Shown piece by piece: positions 31,196-40,903 of a DNA stretch of 42,364 nucleotides (positions are counted from its first letter, which is position 1; each line of letters begins with the position of its first letter). The notes below the pieces were generated by a model. That model saw nothing but the letters and a program-made list of their open reading frames with translations. It made no database searches and was not told the DNA's origin. The translations under genes and the position numbers were made by a program. This DNA is from a virus, in IMG/VR virus record IMGVR_UViG_3300020160_000949, positions 1 through 42,364 of that record, one strand, 5' to 3'.

Positions 31196-33681
31196 TGGAG
31201 AAAATACGCATATCATTTCGGAACGCAGCGGGGAACTATTACTACGCCACACAAGGCACTACAGGGGCGTGGACGGTAGCAACTACTCCGACACTTACCT
31301 ACCTGCAACATCTACCTAAGAATTGGTCAGATGGGACTATGATTACATGGCAACGCAACATGGATTACGGTGGCGTTTTTCGGTCTATGTCTGATACGTA
31401 TGTGTTTGCAATGGACGCACGGGCGATATTGCAATCGCTTATGTTCGGGGGCGGTGGCGTTAATGCTTATTGCCTTATGACCATTTACCAATGGAACGAA
31501 ACGACATTCACCTACGATGTGTTATATCCGTCTGAAATAGACTTTACCAAGTACAAAGATGACGGGCAATTACAGCAGTTGTCAATAGGTACATTAGATA
31601 ACGGGCTGCTAAAGTACTTTGAATCGAAACGAGGCGTAAAGTTTAATATACCTTTTTGGACTTATGACGGTGCAAACTGGAATACTGATGCACAGGCGGT
31701 TTATCATGATGGGATAAAACTGTATTGGGAAAACAATTTTACAGGTACACAAACGCCTACATACCCTGCTATATATTACATGGGTGGTTGGCAGAACGGA
31801 CAACACGGGGCATTGCAGGGAGTGCATACTTTATTTGGACTTGCTGAAAACCTGCAAGTACAGAACAATGGCGCAACTACATTTGTAGGCAATGACATAT
31901 TGAACCAGTACATTAAGTCAGGCGCACAATTGCAGATGTTTAATCAGGTGAATTTTATTGATGATGGCATTATAACTACATCAGGGAATACGCCGATACG
32001 ACCATTAATAGGCGGCTTGTCGTTTAATTTCACACTAACGGTTGACTTTGCAAATGCAAATATACTTTGGACATCTACACCGCCAGAAATATATGAGTTG
32101 CGGTTCGTATTGTTTGAACTAAACGAGAATGGCGAACCAAATCAAACAACGCCCGGGCTTTATGATGTATTTGCTACACTCATAACTATCCCGTTAGGCG
32201 TTACATCTCCATATACATTGCCATCAACGATTATAACAAGTACCACGAACCTAACACTAAATGCAGGCAAAGCGTACATGTTAGGGGCTATTTTCGACAA
32301 TCTATCAGGAACAGCAACAGGTAGCACAATTGTCATTTATGAGATTCAGGGTATGACCCTGAAAATATGGAGCGACTTTAACAGCGGCACATCTACCCCC
32401 GTTGACGCACCAGCACTACCACCACAAACGATTGTAGCATTTACCCCGATGCAGGTATTTGAGAAACTAATGTCAGTTTTGGACAGTACCGAAACGGACG
32501 CATACGGTTTCCCTGTACCAACAAACAACTACACCGCTGCAAGTTCATGGCTAACGGATAATATCGCACTTGCTGATAACTTAGACTTGACACCTAAAGA
32601 CCTGTATTTCACGTCTGAAAACGTATTGCGTGACGTTAGGGGCATTCCGTATCTCACTATATCTCTACAAGGGTTCTTTGACCTTTGGAATCGCATTAGT
32701 ATGTGTGGTTTGGGACTCAATTCAGCCACCGAATTGCAGATTGAAAACATGGCAGGGTATTTTAATGCCGCTACCGAAATAATGGATTTAGGTAGTAACA
32801 TTGAAGGTCTTTATGTGAAGCCGTACACAAACATAATGGGTAACGACATAAAAGCGGGATACGGTGACATGCAAACAAATGCCGATTTTGGGGGCGATAA
32901 CTACAATTTCGGGCAAGAGTATTCGTTACCATTGGACACAATGCCGAAAACATTAGACCTGTCAGTTAGCTACATAGCCGAAATAAACCAAATAGAAAAG
33001 ATGCGACAGCAGGCAAACAACAGTCAGCAGTCAGCGTCGAGTACGAATAACGTTGTGTTGTTGCAAATAGACCCGTCCGTTACATCGGGGCAAGTAATAC
33101 TAAATCCCGAAGGCGGTAGCGAAATAGTTACAGCAGTACACTTGAAGAAATACAGCACAGCGCAAAGTACATCATCGGTTACATTCCCGTACATAAACGG
33201 CATGCGTTACCCCGACACGGCATATAACTTAGGCATTACACCTGCTCACAACATTATTCGTTATGGTGCGTGGTTGCGGTCATTGTGTGATGGTCAGGAC
33301 GCTACGGGTAAGATAACCTACCAAAAACAGTATCAGCAGTCGTATAATGATGCGAGTGCGCCTATGACTTCATTGCCCGGCATAAGCACATATTTAAACG
33401 CTGCAAGGCTAATAAATGAGGTGGCAGATATTGACCTGAATACTTTAGATAGTAAGCTATTCAGACCGTACATTTACGGGTTCAAGACGCAATACCCAGT
33501 CAATATGTATTCGCTGATAAATAGCAGCCCTTATGGGTATGTGAAGTTCACAGGGCGTGACGGGATCGAGCGCAAAGGGTTCTTATACAAGGTGGAGCAA
33601 TCAGCAGGTAACAATGCTGCTACGGACATGGAACTAATCGCCATTGGCACAACTACGGATGCAGAACTAATCGTTAATTAA
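31195..33681 (+). CDS. Tail tip / distal tail structural protein (828 aa)
   Basis: ATG overlaps the TMP stop; large ORF downstream of TMP. Confidence 0.5.
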   Translation: MEKIRISFRNAAGNYYYATQGTTGAWTVATTPTLTYLQHLPKNWSDGTMITWQRNMDYGGVFRSMSDTYVFAMDARAILQSLMFGGGGVNAYCLMTIYQWNETTFTYDVLYPSEIDFTKYKDDGQLQQLSIGTLDNGLLKYFESKRGVKFNIPFWTYDGANWNTDAQAVYHDGIKLYWENNFTGTQTPTYPAIYYMGGWQNGQHGALQGVHTLFGLAENLQVQNNGATTFVGNDILNQYIKSGAQLQMFNQVNFIDDGIITTSGNTPIRPLIGGLSFNFTLTVDFANANILWTSTPPEIYELRFVLFELNENGEPNQTTPGLYDVFATLITIPLGVTSPYTLPSTIITSTTNLTLNAGKAYMLGAIFDNLSGTATGSTIVIYEIQGMTLKIWSDFNSGTSTPVDAPALPPQTIVAFTPMQVFEKLMSVLDSTETDAYGFPVPTNNYTAASSWLTDNIALADNLDLTPKDLYFTSENVLRDVRGIPYLTISLQGFFDLWNRISMCGLGLNSATELQIENMAGYFNAATEIMDLGSNIEGLYVKPYTNIMGNDIKAGYGDMQTNADFGGDNYNFGQEYSLPLDTMPKTLDLSVSYIAEINQIEKMRQQANNSQQSASSTNNVVLLQIDPSVTSGQVILNPEGGSEIVTAVHLKKYSTAQSTSSVTFPYINGMRYPDTAYNLGITPAHNIIRYGAWLRSLCDGQDATGKITYQKQYQQSYNDASAPMTSLPGISTYLNAARLINEVADIDLNTLDSKLFRPYIYGFKTQYPVNMYSLINSSPYGYVKFTGRDGIERKGFLYKVEQSAGNNAATDMELIAIGTTTDAELIVN

Positions 33682-33845
33682 TGGCAATGCATTTTTACCT
33701 CGGCATTTTCACGCTCCATCTTGCTAATTTCAGCAGGCGTGGCGTTATGCACCTTGTACATACCCTTAGACGTGTAGCACTCCCATGCTTTCGGCTTACT
33801 GCACCCTGTAAGCGCAAAAAAAGCCACTACAATTATCCATTTCAT
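33678..33845 (-). CDS. Small lipoprotein (55 aa) encoded antisense inside the tail module
   Basis: MKWIIVVAFFALTGCSK (LTGC lipobox). Own TACATTTG box 4 nt upstream. Convergent, with a 4-nt overlap with 31195..33681. Confidence 0.65.
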   Translation of the reverse strand: MKWIIVVAFFALTGCSKPKAWECYTSKGMYKVHNATPAEISKMERENAEVKMHCH

Positions 33846-33849
33846 AATA

Positions 33850-33857
33850 CAAATGTA
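33850..33857 (-). promoter_or_regulatory. TACATTTG -7 type box for the antisense lipoprotein gene
   Basis: Minus strand TACATTTGTATTATG. Confidence 0.5.
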
Positions 33858-33871
33858 GTAATTTTGTCGAT

Positions 33872-35740
33872 ATGCCATCGTTAATAGTCGGTTTATTCCC
33901 TTTAGTTGGTGATTTCAGGTTCACTCTGATTGACGGACACACCACCCCATACAGCGACATTAGCGGATTTAAGCAGTTCGACCAAGCCCCGAATAATCAG
34001 TCCGATATGCCGTGGCAGATGCCCCGTCCGTACAGTCAGAAACGGGCGCAAACGGATATGTGTAGTATCATGTTGCAGACTAACAGGGTGGGGAGTAGTC
34101 CGAAAGTTCCGAGTGTAGTAGTTACTAACGGTTCAGTATCGGTTCCATTGCTATCTACTTACCTGTTTGGCGCACAACGTATCACAGGTAACGAAGACAC
34201 CGCACCTGATGGCACAGTTACGCCGCTTGATTCATTCCTATGGCGGTTTTCGTTTAGTATGCTCGGGTTCACAACGGGCATACACTATATAACCGTTCGC
34301 ATCTATGGCGATGAAGCCGAAACAGAATACAGGGACTATATAAGTGAGCCTATTTACGTTTACGACTACTTTCCCAACACTACATTAATAGAATCCACAT
34401 ACTACGTAAATCGTAAGTCAGAGGGCGTAATCGCAGGCGGTTGGGCTGGGCTAACAGGCGTTACATTTCAACAGCGTGTAGAAGGTTTCCCGATAGGCTA
34501 TGAACCTGAATCGGTGAACGTGGGCTACCTGCAACAGGACTATTTACGGCTACAACAGTTAGCGCAATCGTGGCGGACATGGATATACGCATTAGGCGGG
34601 ATTTCTACGGGTGTTCCTGCTTACATTCACGAGAAAGTGAGTAAGCTATTTGAGGCTGATTACTTCCAAATAGACGGTAAAGCATTTGCGCTGAATACAC
34701 AGGAAAGCGGCAGTGTTACCCGTTTATGGAAAACAACAGCACCGAATACTGCTAATACCCGTTGGGCTACTATTCCGATACGTGAACGATACAGTAATCA
34801 GTGGGTATTCAGAACCGAAACACCTACGCCTGATTTGCTTATACTTGACCCCGTAAGCTACCCATATGCGTTGATTCCGTGGTCGTTAGATACAGGGTTC
34901 AGTGTGGTTTCGATACCCGCAGCAGTTGTGGACGACTCAACAGCGCAGACGGCATTAGTTGCCTACTGGAATACACTCACAACAGAGGGTACGTTTTATC
35001 AATCGGGCGGTAGTATCTACTTTGCTTCAACCGTTGGTACTCCGTCTATATTCGGTGCGTTTGTTGACTTATACAACTATTTCACGGCATTTTATAGCGG
35101 GTCGGCTACGGGTGGTAGTAACGGATTTAGATATGGCGGTACAGCCGCTCAAATAGTCGTTGACTGGAACGATGGAACCGATGTTGACTATTACGGAAAC
35201 GTTTCGTCTGCAAGCATTGTAACACATTCATTCGCTTCAACGGTTGCACCGTCTTATGATGTGAGGTTCTTCCATAATAATTTAGTAGTATCATTGAATT
35301 GGAACGAAGCGGGCGCACTGTATCCAGTTGTAGATGTGTTTGTTTACGACCATTCGGGCGATATGCCTGCATTCATGACATCGTTTGTTGTGTCGAATTG
35401 TACACAGTATGGGTTATTAGGCAGTAACGTTGACTTTACAGCATGCGCAAACTGGATAACTACAATACAGATACGCAGTTGTACGAACTATGCAGCCGCT
35501 CCGTGGGCTACGGTTCTAATGCCGAATTTAGATATGGTTGTGTTAGGTATAGATGGGTTTAACTCCACATCAGTTGACGCATTCTTCAACAACTTCGTTA
35601 CAAACGTATGGAATGGTACGTTAGCGAGCGGCACAATAGACATTGCGCAGGCTCCGAATCCGCTTGCGCCACCGACAGCAGCATCATTAACTTCAAGAAA
35701 CGCATTATTAGCAGAATCATGGTCATTAAGTACAGATTAA
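33872..35740 (+). CDS. Tail / baseplate-associated structural protein (622 aa)
   Basis: Large ORF between the tail tip protein and the fibre. Confidence 0.5.
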   Translation: MPSLIVGLFPLVGDFRFTLIDGHTTPYSDISGFKQFDQAPNNQSDMPWQMPRPYSQKRAQTDMCSIMLQTNRVGSSPKVPSVVVTNGSVSVPLLSTYLFGAQRITGNEDTAPDGTVTPLDSFLWRFSFSMLGFTTGIHYITVRIYGDEAETEYRDYISEPIYVYDYFPNTTLIESTYYVNRKSEGVIAGGWAGLTGVTFQQRVEGFPIGYEPESVNVGYLQQDYLRLQQLAQSWRTWIYALGGISTGVPAYIHEKVSKLFEADYFQIDGKAFALNTQESGSVTRLWKTTAPNTANTRWATIPIRERYSNQWVFRTETPTPDLLILDPVSYPYALIPWSLDTGFSVVSIPAAVVDDSTAQTALVAYWNTLTTEGTFYQSGGSIYFASTVGTPSIFGAFVDLYNYFTAFYSGSATGGSNGFRYGGTAAQIVVDWNDGTDVDYYGNVSSASIVTHSFASTVAPSYDVRFFHNNLVVSLNWNEAGALYPVVDVFVYDHSGDMPAFMTSFVVSNCTQYGLLGSNVDFTACANWITTIQIRSCTNYAAAPWATVLMPNLDMVVLGIDGFNSTSVDAFFNNFVTNVWNGTLASGTIDIAQAPNPLAPPTAASLTSRNALLAESWSLSTD

Positions 35741-38343
35741 TCATATTACTATTGTTGCTTAGTTCAACTGTAATGGGGCAAAGTCTTGCTCCATCGGGCA
35801 ACTACAACACATTGAGCGTCTTTAACGGTGGCACTAAGTCCACACGTGCAATGATTGCGCCTAAAGGGTTTCAGCCGTGGGCGACATACGACACTACGGG
35901 CTTTATATGGCTTGACACGGTTAACCACTTCCTGTACTACCACAACGGAACAACCCGTGTTCAGATAGGCGCAGGCGGCGGCGGTTCAGGCACAGTTACC
36001 AACGTGTCGACAGGGTTCGGTATGTTAGGCGGCCCGATAACAACAACGGGAACAGTGAGGGTGGATAGTAATGCAGTATTGACCGTTGCGAGGGGGTATA
36101 AGGTGAGTGATAGTGTGGCGGGGTTGAAGCAGTCGTATAGTGATACAAGTGTGTGGGATGCGACACGAAGCTGGACTAACACAGCCATATCGGGTAAGAT
36201 GAATTATACCGATACCATTGCGTTAAGCAACCGCATAAACACTAAACAAGGGTATGCCGATACATCTACGTGGGATGCCACTAAAGCGTATGTGAATGCA
36301 CTTGTAATCGACACCACAGCACTAAGTAACCGTATCAACCAGAAACAGAACTTTACCGATACTACCACATGGGACGCAACCCGTTCATGGGTAATCGGTC
36401 AGATACCATCAGTAACGGGGTATGTGCCTTACACGGGGGCTACAAGCAACACCAATACAGGCGAATACGGCATTAAGGCGGGGCAATACGACCTTGACCT
36501 TACACCCACAGGTACCTACACAACAGGTACCACCTACTGGGACGCTATACATCTTGCGACTGCAACGTATCTGAATAGCAGCGTCACCAACGTGAACGGA
36601 CAGACCTTTTACATGCGTGGCAGGAACAACACAGGAACGACTATTGCGAAAGGCAAAGCGGTGTACGTAAATGATGCACAAGGGAATAATCCGACAATAT
36701 CCCTTGCCGATGCAGACAGCGTTACCACATCGCAGGTTATAGGCATTACAGCCGAAAGCATCGCAGATAATGGCACAGGTTACGTAATGGTATCGGGCTA
36801 CCTTGACGGGGTGAATACGTCGGCGTATGCTGATGGGGATGCGTTATACCTTGACACTACCAATGGTAACCTAACTAATCAGCTATTGCCGTCACCTCAT
36901 AATGTGGTGTTTGTCGCATACGCCTTGAATAGCACTAACAACGGGCGGTACTTTATTCGTCCAAGTAGCCCGATTGCAAGCGATACAACCATGACGGCAG
37001 GCAGTAACCAGATTGCACCTACACAGGCAGCGGTGAAGAAGTATGTGCAGTCGAGGGGGTATGGGGCAAGTACGACCGTAGCAGCAGGTACAGGAATATC
37101 GGTTGCGGGGGTTGCACCTGCATATACGGTAACGAATACAGCACCTAATCAGACGGTGAATATTGCAGCAGGAACAGGAATATCCATAGGCGGTAGTTAT
37201 CCGTCATACAGTGTCACCAACACAGCCCCAGACCAAACAGTATCACTCACAGGGGCGGGAACGGTCAGCGTAACAGGTACCTACCCGACATTCACCGTAA
37301 CAGGCACGGGCGGTAGTGGTGGTGTGGCTGCAATCACATCAACAGGTAGCACAATGCAGGTTACAGGAACTACAACAGTCAATGTTGAAGTAGACACTAC
37401 ACACCCGTTCACATTCACAGGAACAAACACATTCACCCGTGATATAACCATTGATAGCGTTGTTTTCGGTTCAGGTAACGGGCTATCTACCAACATCAAG
37501 ATAGGTCGTAGTGCATTAGCAGCACCAACCACAGCAACCGCAACAATTGCCGTCGGGGAAAGTGCGTGCAGGCTTATAACAACAGGCATAGGCAACATAG
37601 CCATCGGGCGTAATGCAATTGCAAACTCGTCTGTATCGGTTAACGGACTTGTTGCCGTGGGGACAAGTAACCTCAACTACTCAACAGGCGATAACAACAC
37701 TGCAATAGGTGCGCAATGTATGGCAAGGGCGGTGGCATGGAACGGTATCGCCAATGCAGGGGTAGGGGCTAATAGCGGTAGTGCGCTTACATCAGGCAGT
37801 ACTAACTCATGGATAGGTGCGGGGGCAGGTAACGCACTTACATCTGGCAGCAGCAACACATTCTTAGGCGTGAACAGCGGGAACGCAATTACCACAGGTG
37901 GACAGAACAGTATCTTAGGTGCATTTACGGGTAATAGTGGTGGGTTGGATATTCGCACATTATCTAACAGGGTGGTACTGTCGGACGGGGGCGCAAACAT
38001 CAGGGCGTACCACAACGGTACTAACTGGCTCATTGGTACAGTTACGGACGGTTCAACTGGTATCTTGCAGTTATCGGGTAGTTTAGGGCTGAATACAGCA
38101 GGGAATAAGCTGAATATTGCTACTGGTACTAACGCATCGGTTGGAACGGGTACATTATCATCTGGTACGGTTACTATCAACACGACAGCAGTAACGGCAA
38201 GTAGCATCATTCAGGTGCAGCTTACATCGTGTTCATCATGTGGAACTTTATACATCGGGACTGTTACAGCAGGCACATCGTTCGTAGTGAACAGCACTAA
38301 CGGGGCGGACGCATCAACATTTAACTATTGGATTATAAACTAA
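35719..38343 (+). CDS. Tail fibre / receptor-binding protein (874 aa) with internal repeat modules
   Basis: Start trimmed to MVIKYRLII. Repeats Y(S/A)DT(S/T).WDAT(R/K) x3 and AAGTGIS..G..P.Y(T/S)VTNTAP(N/D)QTV x3. Gly/Asn/Ser/Thr-rich beta-helix-like NTAIG/NSxxG repeats. Confidence 0.65.
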   Translation: MVIKYRLIILLLLLSSTVMGQSLAPSGNYNTLSVFNGGTKSTRAMIAPKGFQPWATYDTTGFIWLDTVNHFLYYHNGTTRVQIGAGGGGSGTVTNVSTGFGMLGGPITTTGTVRVDSNAVLTVARGYKVSDSVAGLKQSYSDTSVWDATRSWTNTAISGKMNYTDTIALSNRINTKQGYADTSTWDATKAYVNALVIDTTALSNRINQKQNFTDTTTWDATRSWVIGQIPSVTGYVPYTGATSNTNTGEYGIKAGQYDLDLTPTGTYTTGTTYWDAIHLATATYLNSSVTNVNGQTFYMRGRNNTGTTIAKGKAVYVNDAQGNNPTISLADADSVTTSQVIGITAESIADNGTGYVMVSGYLDGVNTSAYADGDALYLDTTNGNLTNQLLPSPHNVVFVAYALNSTNNGRYFIRPSSPIASDTTMTAGSNQIAPTQAAVKKYVQSRGYGASTTVAAGTGISVAGVAPAYTVTNTAPNQTVNIAAGTGISIGGSYPSYSVTNTAPDQTVSLTGAGTVSVTGTYPTFTVTGTGGSGGVAAITSTGSTMQVTGTTTVNVEVDTTHPFTFTGTNTFTRDITIDSVVFGSGNGLSTNIKIGRSALAAPTTATATIAVGESACRLITTGIGNIAIGRNAIANSSVSVNGLVAVGTSNLNYSTGDNNTAIGAQCMARAVAWNGIANAGVGANSGSALTSGSTNSWIGAGAGNALTSGSSNTFLGVNSGNAITTGGQNSILGAFTGNSGGLDIRTLSNRVVLSDGGANIRAYHNGTNWLIGTVTDGSTGILQLSGSLGLNTAGNKLNIATGTNASVGTGTLSSGTVTINTTAVTASSIIQVQLTSCSSCGTLYIGTVTAGTSFVVNSTNGADASTFNYWIIN

Positions 38344-38347
38344 AAAT

Positions 38348-38773
38348 ATGAAGCAACTACTATTAATTGGACTTATCTCTCTTTGGGGTCACGCATACGG
38401 CATGACCAGCCCAGCACCAACGGTAACAACCGATTCGGCTGCATACGTGGCAGATTCCGTGTTCACTTACTACAATGATGGCATGTACGCCGAAATCACG
38501 CCTGTAACGGTCAGCATTGGCGATGCAGGGACGTGTACTATCGTTCGCATAACCGAAATGAAAGACTACGGTACACAGCCATACAATGGCGGATGGACAC
38601 AATCGGGGGCTGTGTTCTTTACTATTGAGGATTCAACGGGGGCGATTAAACACTCGCTATCGCTAAGTATAAACAACATCAGCGATAAGCAAACCTATGC
38701 CGCATGGAAAGCCTACGGGTTTAAATTCCTCGCTTGGAAAATTGCCGATACGTATAACCTGAATTTGTTGTAA
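38348..38773 (+). CDS. Protein with a signal-peptide-like N-terminus (141 aa)
   Basis: MKQLLLIGLISLWGHAYG. Confidence 0.5.
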   Translation: MKQLLLIGLISLWGHAYGMTSPAPTVTTDSAAYVADSVFTYYNDGMYAEITPVTVSIGDAGTCTIVRITEMKDYGTQPYNGGWTQSGAVFFTIEDSTGAIKHSLSLSINNISDKQTYAAWKAYGFKFLAWKIADTYNLNLL

Positions 38774-38797
38774 CTTAGCACCTAAAATTAGTAGGTT

Positions 38798-39079
38798 ATG
38801 AAAGTAGCATTTATAGGTAACAACAACGTTGCCATCGACATCAATAACGATACAATGGTGTCGGATAACGGTATGCCCGTAGCAGCCACAACAGTAGCTC
38901 AGTTTGCATGTACTACACAGGCATGGGGCATTGAAGAAGACATGAACGGTCATAAGTGCCTGACACTCGATAAAGGCGGCGCAATACCATACTACATCGA
39001 TGTGTTGGTTAACGGTATCCAGCACCGTTATGAGAATGTAGAACTAATCGGTGGTCGTCCGCCTGTAATCCGTAAGTAA
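38798..39079 (+). CDS. Hypothetical protein (93 aa)
   Basis: ORF-track entry. Confidence 0.5.
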   Translation: MKVAFIGNNNVAIDINNDTMVSDNGMPVAATTVAQFACTTQAWGIEEDMNGHKCLTLDKGGAIPYYIDVLVNGIQHRYENVELIGGRPPVIRK

Positions 39080-39399
39080 TGCGTAGCATAGCACTTGTAA
39101 TACTATTCGTAGCCGCTAATACTGTGCCTCGGTGGGTGCATGGTATTAGCGGTGATTTGTTCTGCATGTGGCAGGCACTTTCGTATGTGTTACTATGCTT
39201 CGCAGCCCAACTAAAACAAGACAGCAAAGAGGAACGGATAATGTGGGATTGGGCGTGTCTGCTATCAATAAACAATGCCATTGACGAGATATACCGTGTT
39301 GCCGAGAAAACAAATAATTTTGAGGTATCATTCGCAATAGCAATTACTACATGGACAGTTATCAGACTAATAAGATGTCGGACAAACAAGAGCAACTAA
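39079..39399 (+). CDS. Multi-pass membrane protein (106 aa)
   Basis: 3-4 hydrophobic segments (IALVILFVAANTV, LFCMWQALSYVLLCFAAQL, VSFAIAITTWTVI). Confidence 0.5.
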   Translation: MRSIALVILFVAANTVPRWVHGISGDLFCMWQALSYVLLCFAAQLKQDSKEERIMWDWACLLSINNAIDEIYRVAEKTNNFEVSFAIAITTWTVIRLIRCRTNKSN

Positions 39400-39728
39400 G
39401 TGCATACTCCAAGATAATCAGCTACCTTACTTATGTTGTAATGCCTGTTATCTTAGGGAATGTCGTGTACTGGTCGCATAGCGTTATAACAGGTAAGGTA
39501 ATGACCGCAAAGGTCAGAATTGCCATATTTGGCGGGTCATTGGCGATGGCATCGTTTGTTCATTATGTGTGTACCACCTGGAACTATCAGCGTATTGAGT
39601 GGGTTGCAATTTGGTTCTGTTCGATATTTACCGAACATCTATTAAGGTTCATATACTTTGAGATGTGGGATATGTTTAAGGAGTGGATTCGGGACGTAGC
39701 AAGAAGGATATTGAATGGTAGGAAATAG
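39375..39728 (+). CDS. Multi-pass membrane protein (117 aa)
   Basis: Hydrophobic segments IISYLTYVVMPVILGNVVYW, IAIFGGSLAMASFVHYV, WVAIWFCSIF. The start is uncertain (39351 or 39375). Confidence 0.5.
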   Translation: MSDKQEQLSAYSKIISYLTYVVMPVILGNVVYWSHSVITGKVMTAKVRIAIFGGSLAMASFVHYVCTTWNYQRIEWVAIWFCSIFTEHLLRFIYFEMWDMFKEWIRDVARRILNGRK

Positions 39729-40000
39729 GCGCAACCACTACCGCCAAATTGATAACATGCCCCTGAATGCGCCACTATTACAGCGAATGGGAGTAGCCGA
39801 TGTAGTCCTATAATGATTTGCGTTATGTTACCGAAGGCTTGAATACGGAGTGCCTTACATTTTCTGTAAAGGCACGTAGTATTTAACAATAACGGCAAAT
39901 TATAGGACTGTGCAGCGATGCACAGAAATAGGAGAGAGCATAATTAGTGACCAAACGAAATAGATAGGCGATAGCCTATTGTAGGTAATTCAAAAAGTAG

Positions 40001-40008
40001 TATATTTG
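40001..40008 (+). promoter_or_regulatory. TATATTTG -7 type promoter box in the long non-coding region
   Basis: Exact TAnnTTTG about 10 nt upstream of the first of four consecutive hairpins. Confidence 0.5.
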
Positions 40009-40014
40009 TATAAC

Positions 40015-40143
40015 AAAAGCGCACGTCTACTAACGTGCGCTGTATCGCTAAATCAAATCTATGATTTGCGATATTAGTTTTACCACTGAACTTGCAAGTT
40101 TTGCAAGACCACTAAGGAGGCCTAAAACCTTAGTGGTTTTTTT
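40015..40143 (+). ncRNA. Candidate small structured RNA (about 130 nt): promoter, three hairpins, then an intrinsic terminator
   Basis: GCGCACG/CGTGCGC (40019-40040). TATCGC(T)AAAT/ATTTGCGATA (40043-40073). CTTGCAA-GTT-TTGCAAG (40091-40107). Terminator at 40108-40143. Confidence 0.5.
40108..40143 (+). terminator. Rho-independent terminator
   Basis: ACCACTAAGG-aggcctaaaa-CCTTAGTGGT followed by TTTTTTT. Confidence 0.8.
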
Positions 40144-40291
40144 ATGGATTTTATCCATATTAAAAACTGGGCGTTTAAAAGTCCCATCTTCTTCATCAAT
40201 ATCTTTCGGTTTTGTTGTGTGTCGGATATTGGATTTAATGAGTGGTGCATTAAATCTCGGATAGTAGTCCTAATCGCAAACATAAAAAACA

Positions 40292-40320
40292 AAACCCACT
40301 TTTTATAGTGGGTTTTTCTT
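40292..40320. terminator. Bidirectional-looking terminator hairpin
   Basis: AAACCCAC-tttttata-GTGGGTTT, with an A-run upstream and TTTTCTTT downstream. Confidence 0.65.
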
Positions 40321-40328
40321 TACATTTG
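40321..40328 (+). promoter_or_regulatory. TACATTTG -7 type promoter box
   Basis: Exact TAnnTTTG about 25 nt upstream of the ATG at 40354. Confidence 0.45.
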
Positions 40329-40353
40329 TTTTGCGAACTAAATGTATTTTTTT

Positions 40354-40533
40354 ATGGCAGAATGCCCTATTAAAGAAGGTGACCAAGTGTTTATTAAAGG
40401 TCTAAATATTGTACTTGTGGTTGATACCGTCAACCCAAATACTTGGAGATGTAAGTGTGTTTATTTTGACCCGAAAACAAACGATTTCAAGTTTGTCGAA
40501 GTAAGTTACAAGACACTTGACAAAAAGGGTTAA
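40354..40533 (+). CDS. Hypothetical small protein (59 aa; MAECPIKEGDQVFIKG...)
   Basis: ORF with its own promoter box. The GDxV beta-rich opening resembles those of the 9036 and 11459 genes. Confidence 0.5.
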   Translation: MAECPIKEGDQVFIKGLNIVLVVDTVNPNTWRCKCVYFDPKTNDFKFVEVSYKTLDKKG

Positions 40534-40652
40534 CTGCTAATAAATTCGTATAATTCTTTAGCGTTTTTAACCAATTCCTCGTTGGTTATGGAATAATTTT
40601 GTGCTATAATCAAGCACATTAACTTAATTTCGTATAGTTCTGTTTGCTTCAT
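40530..40652 (-). CDS. Possible small protein (40 aa), convergent
   Basis: Internal Met (MKQTELYEIK...) of the 61-aa track ORF. Weak evidence. Confidence 0.25.
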   Translation of the reverse strand: MKQTELYEIKLMCLIIAQNYSITNEELVKNAKELYEFISS

Positions 40653-40860
40653 AATAGCTGTTATTAGATAATAATAGTTACATAACACGTTCACGCCCAA
40701 TAGTAGTAAAAGCAAACTGTCCTATAAGGTGCTTCGCTGTTTATGTTAATTAGATTTTGCCTTTAAAAAGTCAAAGATAGGAAATCTATTTCACATAAAC
40801 AACATTATAGGAAAGTTTGCGCTGATGAGTGTTGCACTGAAGCTGAAAACCTGCAAAGAT

Positions 40861-40901
40861 ACAAAGTGGTTTTGGTGGTTACAAAAGTGTTTTTGGTGGT
40901 T
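40861..40901 (+). repeat. Tandem direct repeat of about 20 bp (ACAAAGTGGTTTTGGTGGTT / ACAAAAGTGTTTTTGGTGGTT)
   Basis: Read directly; lies immediately upstream of a TACATTTG box. Confidence 0.85.
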
Positions 40902-40903
40902 GC

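Noticed and set aside
37281-38210. 131-aa and 177-aa minus-strand ORFs inside the tail-fibre gene
   Set aside because: Antisense frames of a Gly/Thr/Asn/Ser-rich repeat region are naturally stop-poor. The translations are Pro/Val/Leu low complexity, and no start context supports them.
40061-40264. 67-aa plus-strand ORF in the non-coding region, plus a 53-aa ORF from 40144
   Set aside because: The first reads straight through two hairpins and a strong intrinsic terminator. The second runs into the next terminator hairpin. Neither has supporting context, and the region is better explained as structured RNA or cis-elements.
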